Shown here one piece after another: positions 53,650-64,000 of a DNA stretch of 64,000 nt (within the stretch, counting starts at the first letter, position 1; every line of letters starts with the position of its first letter). The stretch lies in the NCBI GenBank assembly GCA_963700575.1, contig CAVOYC010000005.1:586178-650177 (forward strand), in the 5' to 3' direction. The notes under the pieces were generated by a model that had not been told where the DNA came from, searched no databases, and was given only the letters and a program-made list of their open reading frames with translations. The stretch comes from an uncultured Planctomycetota bacterium. GTDB lineage: Bacteria; Planctomycetota; Planctomycetia; Pirellulales; Pirellulaceae. A program made the position numbers and the translations under genes.

Positions 53650-54655
53650 ATGACGACTGAACTGCCTGTACTGAAGCCGGCTGATTACGCCAGTGACCAA
53701 GACGTGCGATGGTGCCCCGGTTGCGGCGACTATTCGATTCTCGCCCAGATGAAGAAGGTGATGGCGACGCTGCAGATTCCCCGCGAGAAGCTGGTGTTCA
53801 TCTCGGGAATCGGCTGTTCGAGCCGTTTTCCGTACTACATGGAATCGTACGGGATGCACAGCATCCACGGTCGAGCGCCCGGCGTTTGCCACCGGCCTGA
53901 AAGCGGTCCGCCCCGACCTGCAGGTGTGGGTGATCACGGGCGACGGGGACGGTTTGAGTATCGGCGGCAACCACTTCATGCATTGCGTGCGCCGCAATAT
54001 CGACGTGAACATCGTCCTGTTCAATAACCGGATTTACGGTTTGACGAAGGGGCAGTATTCGCCCACTTCGCGGCTTGGGCAGCGGTGACCAAGAGTTCGC
54101 CGATGGGGTCGATCGACAATCCGCTGCATCCCCTGTCGATCGCGATTGGCTGCGAAGGCAACCTTTGTGGCCCGCTCGATCGACACCAACATCAAGCATC
54201 TTGGGCGCAGGTGTTGCAGCGGGCGGCCGAGCACCAGGGCACTGTCGTTCATCGAAGTCTATCAGAACTGCGTGGTCTTCAACGACGGTGCCTTCGATTA
54301 CGCCACCGATCGCGATCGCAAGGCCGATACGACCATCGAACTGGAACATGGCAAACCGCTGATTTTCGGCAAGAATCGCGACAAGGGTATCCGGCTCAAC
54401 GGCATGGAACCGGAAGTGGTTGAGTTGGGTAAGGGGATTACCGAAGACGACCTGCTGTTTCACGACGAACAATCGCCGGAACCGAGCCTGGCTTACCTGC
54501 TCAGCCGCATGCGTTATCCGGAATTCCCGGAACCGATTGGCGTGTTTCGCGCCGTCGATCGTCCCCGGTATGATTTCGAGTTGAATCGGCAGGTGGAAGT
54601 GGCCTGCGAGAAGAAGGGCCGTGGCGAATTTGCAGCAACTAATGAACTCTGGTGA
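53650..54655 (+). CDS. korB: 2-oxoglutarate:ferredoxin oxidoreductase beta subunit; frame shifts near 53900 and 54085
   Basis: [77 protein letters not shown] / ...[49 protein letters not shown]... / ...[40 protein letters not shown]... The TPP-binding GDG motif is present. Confidence 0.85.
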
Positions 54656-54670
54656 AACTTGGACGGTGGA

Positions 54671-55210
54671 ATGATTATTTGCCCTTATTGCGATAGCGAG
54701 AACATCAACGGTGCCGATGCATGCGAGCATTGTGGGCAGACGCTTAACGAACTGCACCTCCCGACACCCGCCTCGCACGTCGAACGCTGCTTGCTCCGCG
54801 ATCGCTTGAGCGAGCTCCCCCCCAGCCAACCGGTGACGACCATTTCTCCCGAGACGACGATCGGCGAGGTTCTTGCAGTTGTTGGCCAGAGCGATCGATC
54901 GGCTGTGTCCTGGTGACGCAAAACGATCGACTGGTCGGTATCTTCAGCGAACGGGATGTGCTGCTCAAGCTGGACTACGCGGGCCGCGGAATTGGCCGAT
55001 CACCCGGTTTCCGAGTTCATGACCCCCGATCCGCAATCGCTCGACGAAGATGCCAAAGTGGCGTTCGCTCTGCATCGCATGAGCGTCGGGCACTATCGGC
55101 ACGTTCCGCTGACTGACGCGGAGTCCCACCCGACCGCGATCATCTCGGTGCGCGACGTGCTCCGCTATTTGACCGACAAGATGGTCGAAGCGGACGTGGA
55201 GTCGGGATGA
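54671..55210 (+). CDS. zinc-ribbon plus CBS-pair protein; frame shifts near 54900 and 54990
   Basis: MIICPYCDSENINGADACEHCGQTL (Cys4 ribbon) ...VTTISPETTIGEVLAVVGQSDRS / ...QNDRLVGIFSERDVLLKL / ...EFMTPDPQSLDEDAKVAFALHRMSVGHYRHVPLTD...ISVRDVLRYL. Confidence 0.55.
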
Positions 55211-55866
55211 CTCCTGGCGGAGGTCTCAGCGGAACCGCCGGGCTCCACCGGAAACGCTATCGGCCGATGCCAGATTGTGGGATTCACGCGACAGGCTGGA
55301 CGATCTCGCTTGAAGGCCTCGAGTCGTTCGGCGGAGACCTGCGTCGCTCCGAGCAAAGAGGCTGGTGAGAGAATTCAGCGACTGCGAAGTCGTCCATTCC
55401 CGGAATCGGAAACGTTATGTCCCCTGCACGGTCCAGCCATTCACCCGGAACGTGGCCGATTTCCCACCGCCTGAGCGACGTTGGAGACCGCCTCACAAAT
55501 GACGTGCGCGCCGGCTGCAGCGAGCATCGTCGAGCGATTCACGCTTCAAACGTGCGCGATACATCGAGATCGCAACCGTGCCGAGTGGCACGGCAAGGAC
55601 GATCATCAGCCAGCGCACGTGCCCGGATGCTGACGTGCCACTGATTTCGAACAGGTCTCTGAGAGGTCACAATAGCACCTATCCTGCCGTTCGCCGCAGA
55701 GGGCTTAGTGCCAGGGCCTTCTCATCGCAGTCGTGAAATGTGACTCTCTCGAGGAAAGCACAAGCACCATACCACTCGACGGAAACAGCGTCTACACAAC
55801 GCGTCATCGTGATTCATCCTAGTTTGAGTATCGAGTACCTCCGTCAGGATGGTGCGCCAGGAGTGG

Positions 55867-56598
55867 TCAACAGAGTTCCTGCACGGTTGGCTTAAGGGTG
55901 AGTTCCGATACGTGCGCTCGGGATGGCAGGCAGGCGATCGCCACGACCAGTTCCGCGAAATCTTCCGGCTGTACCATGGCCGCTTTCCGTTGGTCGCTGA
56001 CGGGAGTCGGCCGGTTTTCGAGGATGGGCGTGTTGACTTCACCAGGGTAGATGTTCGTGACCCGCACGCCATCCGCGGCCACTTCGTTGCCCACGCTGGT
56101 TCCCAAAGCAGTCATGGCGAATTTGGAAGCGCAGTAGGCGATGCCTCCGAGCGTCAGTGCTCGTTTGCCGGCAATCGACGAGATGTTGAGGATCAGTCCG
56201 TCGCGCCGCGCTCGCATGTCGGGCAATACGCATGCCATGCAGTTGTAGGTACCGGTGACGTTAATCGCCAGGACCTGATCCCATTGAGCAGGATCCATTT
56301 CGGCCATGGTCCGCTGGGCGATATTGATGCCGGCGGCGTTGACGAGGATATCAAGTGCCCCCAGATGCTGCTGGGCCCAGTCGAAGAGCCGTGGACACTG
56401 TCTCGATCCGCCACGTCCACGGTGTGCCAGATCAGCGGCGGCACGGCCTGCCATGCTCGGTCGCTTGCACGCAACTTTTCTTCACGCCGACCCGCGATCG
56501 CGACGCGACAGCCCGTCGCCGGCCAACGCCTGGGCGATGGCCGAGGCCAATACCCGTGCCACCACCGGTCACCACACCGTTTTGTTCTGTAAGCTCAT
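55867..56598 (-). CDS. short-chain dehydrogenase/reductase (SDR); frame shifts near 56390, 56450 and 56575
   Basis: MSLQNKTV.VTGGGTGIGLG (TGxxxGxG), NAAGI, and the catalytic S...Y..SK (ISSIAGKRALTLGGIAYCASKFAM). The parts lie in different frames. Confidence 0.8.
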
Positions 56599-57087
56599 CG
56601 CGTCTTGAATCTCCCGAGTATCGCGGTGCGTGGGTTAGGGTGAGTGGCAATCCGTGATCCACTGGCCCCCTCACCCCGTCTCCCCTGAAACATCGACGTG
56701 CGGAGGATTCCCCAATGGATGCCTGTATCACGTCCATGTTTCGCGAGGGGCGCAGAGTGCAGCTTCAAAACTCGCCGCCGGTTCTCCCACTGTAATGATT
56801 TCCGGCGGGCGATTCTAGCGGCGTTGTGCGACGAACGCCCGGCACAGGCGGGCGTGGCCAGACCGGTCTCTGGCGGGACGCCAGTGGCGTCGGTTTTGCA
56901 GCACGCTCCACCTGCATTAACGCGGTTGCTACCGCGGCGGTCGCGGTGTTGTAAGCCGATTGTCGCCGATCATGGAATGGCTATGTGCCTGCTGCACTGA
57001 CCACGATCAAGAGGGGGTGAGCGAAGTTCATCGAGCGTGTCTGTTCGTGCACGTGTCGGTCCGAAACGGTGACCATCGTCGCTTCGC

Positions 57088-57949
57088 ATGACATCGAATC
57101 CCGCACAAATTGACACGACGATCGAAATCATCACGCCGGAGAATATTGCGTTCTCATACCGGGTGGCAGGGCCGTTTCGCCGTTTGCCCGCGTACGTCAT
57201 CGATGGGTTGATCCGCGTCGGGATCCTGTGGGTAGCGATGTTCGTGGGGGCCCTTCTTCTCGCTTGCCATCGGTGGTTTGAGCTTGGCGACTGTGGCTGG
57301 TCTTGCTGTTCGTGCTGAGTTGGTTCTATGGTGGCTTGTTCGAGACCTTCTGGAACGGGCAGACGCCCGGGAAGCGGATGATGGGGATTCGTGTTTTGAG
57401 CACCAACGGTCGCCCGATCAATGGTTATCAGGCGATCATGCGCCATTTATTGCGACGGTCGACATGGGGCCCTTGATTTCCCTGGCCGCGTTTGGCGGGC
57501 CGGCCTTTCCCTTGATTCCCACCTACTTGATCGGGCTGATCGTGATGGCCTGCAATCGACGTTTTCAGCGGATCGGCGACCTGGTTTGTGGAACGATGGT
57601 CGTGGTGGAAGAACGGCCGTGGTTGAGTGGCGTGGCTAAGATCGAAGATCCGCGTGCTTTCCAATTGGCATCCTATTTGCCGGCTGACCTGCGGGTCAGT
57701 CGCAGCCTGGCGCGTGCCTTGGCTCATTACGCCGAGCGTCGACGTTACTTCTCGGCCGCCCGTCGGCGTGAAGTGGCCGCGCACGTGGCGGAGCCGCTAT
57801 TGAGGCAGTATCGATTGCCGGGCAACACGAGCTACGATCTGCTGCTGTGCGCCATGTACTATCGGTTGTTCATCGCGGATCGAGGTGCCGACGAGACTCA
57901 CGCGGCGGAGGCCGAGGCGGCATTGGGGGTGCCTATCGGTCGCACGTGA
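57088..57949 (+). CDS. RDD-family membrane protein; frame shifts near 57290 and 57460
   Basis: ...FRRLPAYVIDGLIRVGILWVAMFVGALLL / WFYGGLFETFWNGQTPGKRMMGIRVLSTNGRPINGYQAIMRHLLR / ...LIGLIVMACNRRFQRIGDLVCGTMVVVE. The R-D-D residues and the GKR..G...V motif are present. Confidence 0.7.
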
Positions 57950-58008
57950 GTTTTCCTGTTCCGACGATGCCGCCAGGGACTGAGCAGATTGTCAGCAAGT
58001 AGACTGCC

Positions 58009-58965
58009 ATGAAAGTTGCTGTTTTACTGGAAAAACGCCGCGAGAACTGGCTGGAATTAGATCGTCTCTGCGGCGAGCTGCGGCGGAGGAAAAAGGACGC
58101 GGCCGCGGTTTCTCGCTTTGCCTCACTCTACCGGGCTGCCTGTGCCGACTTGGCCTTGGCCGATGCCTATCAGCTGCCGTCGAGCACGGTGCAATATTTG
58201 CATCAATTGGTCGGTCGCGCTCACAATCAGCTCTACCGCAGTCGGCAGTTTGACTATCGCTCCTGGGGTACCATGCTGCTGGTGGATGTGCCCCAGCGTC
58301 TGTTCCGTGATCGCTGTGTGCAGTTTGCCTTCGTGCTCTTCTGGGCCGTCTTCATCGGCTCGGCGGCCTTGGCTTATTTTCAAGCCGACTGGGCGCCGCA
58401 AGTCTTTCCCGGAAGGGCTGATGGAGCAGTTGGAGGAGAGTTTCAAAGAATCGATTCAGGGGCGGTCGGCGGAAACAAACTACATGATGGTGGCCTTTTA
58501 CATCTACCACAACACCGGCATCGGCTTTCGTTGCTTCGCGCTGGGGATCTTAATCGTGCCGGGGATTCTCGAGACGCTCTGCAATGCGTTGGTGCTGGGA
58601 GCCACGTTTGGTCACATGGGACGTCCGGAGGTGCCCAGGGAGCGAACTTCTTCAATTTCGTCACGGCCCACGGACCGTTCGAGCTGACGGCCATTGCGTT
58701 GTCGGCCGGGGCCGGCCTGCGATTGGGCATGGGCTGGATCCGGACCGGTGGCCTGACACGTACCGCGTCGCTGCGGAAAACCGCGATCGAGGCGGGACCG
58801 TTGATGTGCGTGGCGATGTTGCTCTTTTTTCTGGCCGCCATGATTGAAGGTTTTGTTTCTCCCACCTCTCTCCCCTATCCGGTCAAGGCGGGTGTGGCGG
58901 TTCTGGCGAGCGGGATGTTGATGTTCTACTTGGTGGTGCTCGGATTCCCTCGCAGGAGTGCGTAA
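58009..58965 (+). CDS. DUF95 / stage-II-sporulation-protein-M-like membrane protein (likely two compensating frame shifts near 58400 and 58640)
   Basis: MKVAVLLEKRRENWLELDRLCGELRR...; the alternative frame 58118..58687 contains IYHNTGIGFRCFALGILIVPGILETLCNALVLGATFGHM, which is typical of DUF95; then ...FELTAIALSAGAGLRLGMGWI...LLFFLAAMIEGFVSP... Confidence 0.65.
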   Translation: MKVAVLLEKRRENWLELDRLCGELRRRKKDAAAVSRFASLYRAACADLALADAYQLPSSTVQYLHQLVGRAHNQLYRSRQFDYRSWGTMLLVDVPQRLFRDRCVQFAFVLFWAVFIGSAALAYFQADWAPQVFPGRADGAVGGEFQRIDSGAVGGNKLHDGGLLHLPQHRHRLSLLRAGDLNRAGDSRDALQCVGAGSHVWSHGTSGGAQGANFFNFVTAHGPFELTAIALSAGAGLRLGMGWIRTGGLTRTASLRKTAIEAGPLMCVAMLLFFLAAMIEGFVSPTSLPYPVKAGVAVLASGMLMFYLVVLGFPRRSA

Positions 58966-59866
58966 GTGCAGTTGGACAAGACACTTATTGTGGTTCGCGA
59001 GCGCGGCGTGTTCGACACGCTGGATCTGGCACTGCGTGTGTGGCGGATCTACGCCTGTCCGCTTTGCGTCACGATGTTTCTGGGAGCCGGCCTGTGGGCC
59101 GTGGTGAATTACTTGCTGACCGGCTGGATGCTGAACCCGACCTCGATGCACCGGACTCAGCGGAGCAGATCGGGGGCTACGTTCGTTATACGTGGACCAT
59201 GGTCGTGCTGGTTGTGATGGAATCGCCGTTGGCCTCGGCTCTTTCGACCCTGTATCTGGGACAGGCGTTGTTTGTCGAACGGCCGCATCTCGCCGACACG
59301 CTGGCGCGAATTCGTGGACCATGCTGCCGCAGCTGATCTGGTGCCAGGTGTTCTTGCGCGGCGTTCTTCCGGCGATCTTGTTGGTGATGGCTTTCGACCG
59401 CCAGGCGGCGTTTTCCGGTGCGGAAGTCCTGTTGGTGATGCTGTTTCTCGCCGTTCTCCTCCGCCGTGCCATGTCTCCCTTTTTGAACGAGATCATCCTG
59501 TTGGAGCGAAATCCGATGCGGGCTTCAGGGCGAAATACGCTGACCGTGCGGAATCGCGGTATCATGTTACATGGTCCAGCTGGCGGAAGTCTGATTGTCC
59601 TGGCACTCGTCACGTGGCTGGTCGCGCTGCTGCTGGTCTGTGCCTTGGCCGGAACGTTTCTCTGTTTTCAAGGATTGATGTTTGACAATTGGAAGACGGG
59701 ACTCGGTCTGCTTATCATTGGCTGGCCGCTGGCCCTGTGGCTGACCGCCACGTATTTCACCGTGGTCCGCTTTCTGAGCTATCTTGATGTGCGGATTCGA
59801 CAAGAAGGTTGGGAGGTCGAGTTGCGGATGCGAGCCGAGGCGAGCCGATTGGCGGGATCGTTGTGA
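58966..59866 (+). CDS. polytopic membrane protein, possibly GPDPase_memb-like (C-terminal YLDVRIRQEGWEVEL); frame-disrupted
   Basis: GTG directly follows the stop codon of the DUF95 gene. Hydrophobic segments in three frames. The C-terminal tail is ...TATYFTVVRFLSYLDVRIRQEGWEVELRMRAEA. Its stop overlaps the next start (ATGA). Confidence 0.4.
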
Positions 59867-60633
59867 TGATGCAGTTAATGACAAGTATGGTCATGGTGCT
59901 TTCCTGGGTCTTCACGCTCCACGGCTGGGCCCAGCAAGGACCGTCGTCCGAGGCCGTCGATTGGGGACGCGAATCATTGGAATCGCATCGGCGTTTGCCT
60001 TGGTACGATGCGGATCAAGACAAGCTGCAACGGATCGAAGTTGAGCCGAATGAGGACGACGAAAATCGACATTCTCAGTGGGCCGCCACCGACAGTTCGC
60101 CTGCGAAAAGTAAACGTCGAGACTGGAGTCTCCTGGCGACGATCCTGCAGACTCTGGCCTGGATCGCCCTGGCTCTGTTCTTGGGTTTTCTGATCTGGGT
60201 GCTGGTCTGGGCGGCCAGGCGAGCCGATTTCGCCGGAGCAAGTTCGGTTCACGTGGCAGAAACGGTGGCCGCCGGGCAAAGCCGGATCGAAGATCTGCCT
60301 CTTCCCGTCTCCCGTCAGTATCGGGACTTGTTGTCCGCCGCTGGCGCGTTTTTCGAAGCGGGCGACCTTGGCAAAGCGATCATCTACATGTTTGCACATC
60401 AGCTGGTGGAGCTGGACAAATACCATCTGATCCAGCTTTCCAAGGGAAAGACGAACCGCCAGTACTTGAAGGAGCTGCAGCGGTATCCACGTTTTGTTGA
60501 GCTGGTGCGCCCCACGATGCTGGCCTTTGAGGACGTGTTCTTCGGAAATCACGAGCTTTCGCCACAACGTTTTCAAACGTGCTGGAAAGACCTGGACCGG
60601 TTCCACCAGCAATTAGAGCAGGTCGCACCATGA
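59866..60633 (+). CDS. DUF4129-like membrane-anchored protein
   Basis: MMQLMTSMVMVLSWVFTL...one internal TM (ILQTLAWIALALFLGFLIWVLVW)...C-terminal AHQLVELDKYHLIQLSKGKTNRQYLKELQRYPRF. ATGA start/stop overlap at both ends. Confidence 0.55.
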   Translation: MMQLMTSMVMVLSWVFTLHGWAQQGPSSEAVDWGRESLESHRRLPWYDADQDKLQRIEVEPNEDDENRHSQWAATDSSPAKSKRRDWSLLATILQTLAWIALALFLGFLIWVLVWAARRADFAGASSVHVAETVAAGQSRIEDLPLPVSRQYRDLLSAAGAFFEAGDLGKAIIYMFAHQLVELDKYHLIQLSKGKTNRQYLKELQRYPRFVELVRPTMLAFEDVFFGNHELSPQRFQTCWKDLDRFHQQLEQVAP

Positions 60634-61953
60634 GTCACACGGCTGCCACTAAAACGGTTTCTTGCCCGCGACAGCCTGGCCGCTGGCTGCCGTGCGCGGT
60701 GCCGCATGCGGGCCTGCTGTTTTGCCTCTTCTTGTCGCTGAGTGGCTGTGGCAGCACGGTAGACCTGGAAACCGCGTATGGCCATCGGCGGGGCAGTGAG
60801 GCTCTGAGTGTCAACGGGACACGCGTGTTGGCTGGAATGTTCGAAGAAGCCGGAATGCATGCCGTCACGTTGACCTATCTGTCGTCTCGATTGGACAATT
60901 ATGATGTCCTGGTCTGGGTACCCAATGACTTCGCGCAACCCAGAGCCGATGTGCTGGAGTTCTTGGATCGCTGGTTAACCAGTCAATCGGGCAGAACGCT
61001 TGTCTACGTCGGGCGTGACTACGATGCCGCCTGTGACTATTGGCAACAGATTGCACCGTCAGCACCTGCCGATCAGCGATTTGAGGTGTTACGTCACCTG
61101 GCGAAGGCAAAGTCCACCCATGACAACGCGCGCACTCAAATGCCCAGGGATGCGTGCTGCGAGTGGTTTGTGACGCGTCGTGACCATCCCGGACAACATG
61201 TCCGGCAACTGGATGGTCCTTGGAGTAAGGGCGTAGAGACGTCGCAATCGCATGTTTGGAGCCAGGGGCGGTTGGACATTCCGACGGATAAGGACCTGGC
61301 CACGTTGTGGAAAAACGCGGCTCCACCGGTCTATCTGCGGCCTCACTACCAACCTCTGCTGACCAGCGGTGCGAAGAATCTGGTGTTCGAAGTCTCCAAG
61401 CCCGCCTGGGGGAAAAGCAAAATCCTGGTGGTTTCCAATGGTTCGTTCTCTGCTCAACCTGCCCTTGGTCAATCACCAACATCGCCTGCTCGCCGGAAAA
61501 CTGATCGACAGCTGTGGAGCTGCTGGCAATGTCGCCTTTCTGGAAAGTGACGCGGATGGGCCACGACTGTTGGACACCGGCATGACGAAGAACGATGAAG
61601 AAGCGATCCGCAGGCGGGTTCTGCTCGCCGCACACTGGATGGTGCTCGGAGTGCTCTTCTGCTTCTCCGTGTTTCCCATTTTTGGGCGTCCGAAGTCCCT
61701 CGAGACAGAGACGGTCGCCGATTTTGGCCAGCATATTGATGCCCTGGCCGCACTGCTCGAACGTACGGGAGATACGGCGTACGCCCACCAGCAACTGGAC
61801 CTTTACCACAAAGCGCCTCGCGGCGAGAAGGACTCGCTGCCAGCTGGGCCAATCGCCTTTCGAGGCAGTTCGTTCCGGGAAGATGCAGCCCGGCGCGATA
61901 CCGCCGGGCACGACGCTGTCGCCCCGCGTCCTGCGGAAGCGCGCCCCGGCTGA
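60630..61953 (+). CDS. DUF4350-like exported protein; frame shift near 61440
   Basis: MSHTAATKTVSCP...LLFCLFLSLSGCGS (signal/lipobox)...NYDVLVWVPNDFAQPRADVLEFLDRWLTSQSGRTLVYVGRDYD...SKILVVSNGSF / LLNLPLVNHQHRLLAGKLI... The stop codon overlaps the MoxR start (TGATG). Confidence 0.5.
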
Positions 61954-63327
61954 TGGGAACCGCGGAGACCAACCGTAGTTCTAAGACACAACACAACGAT
62001 TTCGTTTCCTCCAGGGACCATTCAGATATGGATTCGCACTCTCACGATCGTGATACTTCCCGGATCTGTCGGGCCTGCGGGCAGGTCTTTCAATGTGGCG
62101 AGGACAGGGTGAATCAGCCGGTGCAGTGTCCCAGCTGCCATGCCGTACAGTCAGCGTCATCCGAGGAAGCTCACGCCGGCGGCATCCCCCCCGTCGTGGA
62201 AGCGACCGCCAGCCCCAACATGCCGGCGGATCACTCGGCGGGATCCGACCTTCTGTTCCTGGGCGACGACGAGTCCACCAGCGATAGCGTGGCAAGACAT
62301 GGCGTGATCGAGCCGCGCCGGGAAACGGTTGACCGCATGTCGGTGGAGCGAAGTCTCGGGGCGAGTTCTATCGATACACCCGCTCGCAATTTGTTCAACC
62401 GCATGATTGGGGAGATCGGCAAGATCTTTGTGGGCCAGGACGAGCTGGTGCTGGGGTCGCTGGTGGCGCTCTTTTCCAGCGGTCACGTGCTGGTCGAAAG
62501 CGTGCCGGGATTGGGCAAGACGCTGTTTGTCCGGACGTTGGGCCGCGTGTTGGGGTGCCAGTTCAGCCGCATCCAGTTCACGGCCGACCTGATGCCGTCC
62601 GATATCACCGGTGCTCCGATTTTCGACATGAAGACGCAGGAGTTTCGTTTTCGGCCGGGACCTGTCTTCACGCAGATTTCTGCTGGCCGACGAGATCAAT
62701 CGTTCGCCGGCCAAGACCCACGCCGCGCTGCTGGAGATCATGCAGGAGTACCGTGTGACGGTCGACGGCAAGAGCCACACGCTCGCCCGCCCCTTCCTGG
62801 TCATGGCGACGCAGAATCCGATTGAGTCGGAAGGGACGTACAATCTGCCCGAAGCCCAGTTGGATCGCTTCATGTTCAAGCTGCTGGCCGACTACCCGAC
62901 AGAAGAGGAAGAGGCCAAGATTCTGCAGATGCACAGCCGGCAGGTCGACATCAATCAGCGGCTGGAGCAGGAGGTGGAGACGGTCACGTCGCCCGAGGAG
63001 ATCATGGCCATCACGCGCGAGAACGGCGACGTGCGTGTCGACGATCGCCTGCTGGACTACATCAACCAGATCGTGCGGCTCACACGCCAGTGGCCGCAGT
63101 TTCACATGGGCGCTTCACCGCGAGCCGGCATTGCGATCATGCAGGCCATTCGCACGTTGGCGGCTTTTGAAGGCCGCGACTATGCGATCCCCGACGATGT
63201 GGTGCAGGTGGCCTTGCCCGCGCTGCGGCATCGCGTGATTCTGACGGCGGAAGCGGAGGTGGAGGGGTATCGCGTCGATGACTTGTTGCGCGAACTGATT
63301 CGTTCGGTGGAGGTACCTCGACTTTGA
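61953..63327 (+). CDS. MoxR-family AAA+ ATPase with about 120-aa N-terminal extension containing a Cys4 zinc ribbon; frame shift near 62690
   Basis: [27 protein letters not shown], then ...[46 protein letters not shown] (Walker A). In the second frame ...[48 protein letters not shown] (Walker B/sensor)...[30 protein letters not shown]. Confidence 0.9.
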
Positions 63328-64000
63328 TTGCGCCTGCCGTTGAGTTTCGCTGAGCGGTTTGTTCGACTGGGCTCGTCACCGTGCTCAGCCAGCTGTCGCT
63401 CCATCTCGGGTTGCTCGCCGCACTGGCGACGGTACCGCTGTTGTCTGCTGGCCCGCAAGCGAGTCTATCCCCACACCACGCTGTTGGCGCTGATGCTGGT
63501 GCCTTGCGTCCTGTCCCTGCTGCTGTTGGTCGTGCCCGAGTCGATCGGTCATCGTTGCTGCTGATCGATGCGGTCGATCCTTGTTCTGGCGATGGTCGAT
63601 CTGTATTTCCTTGCCCAGGACGCGGGACTTCTCCGCCAGCCGGCGGATGGAACGCGTGGCATCCCTGAACAAGCCACACAACGTCACATTGACAGTGGTT
63701 CATCATCGTAACCGCCGGCGCGAAGATGCAGTTGTGGGTCCGCGATGACCTGCCCGACCGCTTTCGTGGCCACTCCCGCACAAACGGTCGTGCGGATGAG
63801 TGGTCGTTGCCGAGCGCTCGTGGCTTACAAGTTCATCGCCCAACGTCGAGGTGCCTTTTCGCTCGAAGCAGTCCACCTGCGGGTGAGAAGCCGCTGGGGA
63901 TTCTGGAAACGTCAGTTTTCCTGTCCCGCCGACATCGGTCGTGCACGTCTATCCCGATATGGTGCAACTGGCCGAGTACGCGGTGCTGGCACGCACGAAT
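63328..64000 (+). CDS. DUF58-like protein (MoxR partner), frame-disrupted, runs off the window
   Basis: Starts right after the MoxR stop codon. Two N-terminal hydrophobic helices in different frames. The distal frame reads ...VHVYPDMVQLAEYAVLARTN, which matches the conserved DUF58 region. Confidence 0.55.

Overview
High-GC (~60%) chromosomal segment, most consistent with a Planctomycetes-type genome. It carries mainly core metabolism and housekeeping genes: pcm, an M16 peptidase, arsR, a glycerophosphodiester phosphodiesterase, a formylglycine-type sulfatase, an NCS1 permease, rhaA, a PII protein (glnB-like), ftr/fhcD, tig followed by two clpP paralogs, tRNA-Gly(GCC), hisI, hisG, an NhaP-type Na+/H+ antiporter, an nfeD-flotillin pair, pepA, a UbiD-family decarboxylase, a TlpA-like thioredoxin lipoprotein, ribBA, korAB and an SDR. 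No transposase, integrase or CRISPR array was found. Three things stand out. (1) A seven-gene, translationally coupled operon at the 3' end (RDD, DUF95/SpoIIM-like, a membrane protein, DUF4129-like, DUF4350-like, a MoxR AAA+ ATPase with an N-terminal zinc ribbon, DUF58) has no assigned biochemical function. (2) One 636-aa ORF fuses a prepilin-peptidase-like membrane domain, apparently lacking the second catalytic Asp, to a LOG-family (PGGxGTxxE) nucleotide-hydrolase domain. (3) Many housekeeping genes (M16 peptidase, clpP1, clpP2, tig, hisG, ribBA, korA, korB, floT, nhaP, SDR, RDD, spoIIM-like) are split across reading frames, whereas neighbouring long genes are intact; this points to indel errors in the assembly rather than genuine pseudogenes. 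There are also several structured intergenic repeat elements. All coordinates of frame-disrupted genes are approximate.
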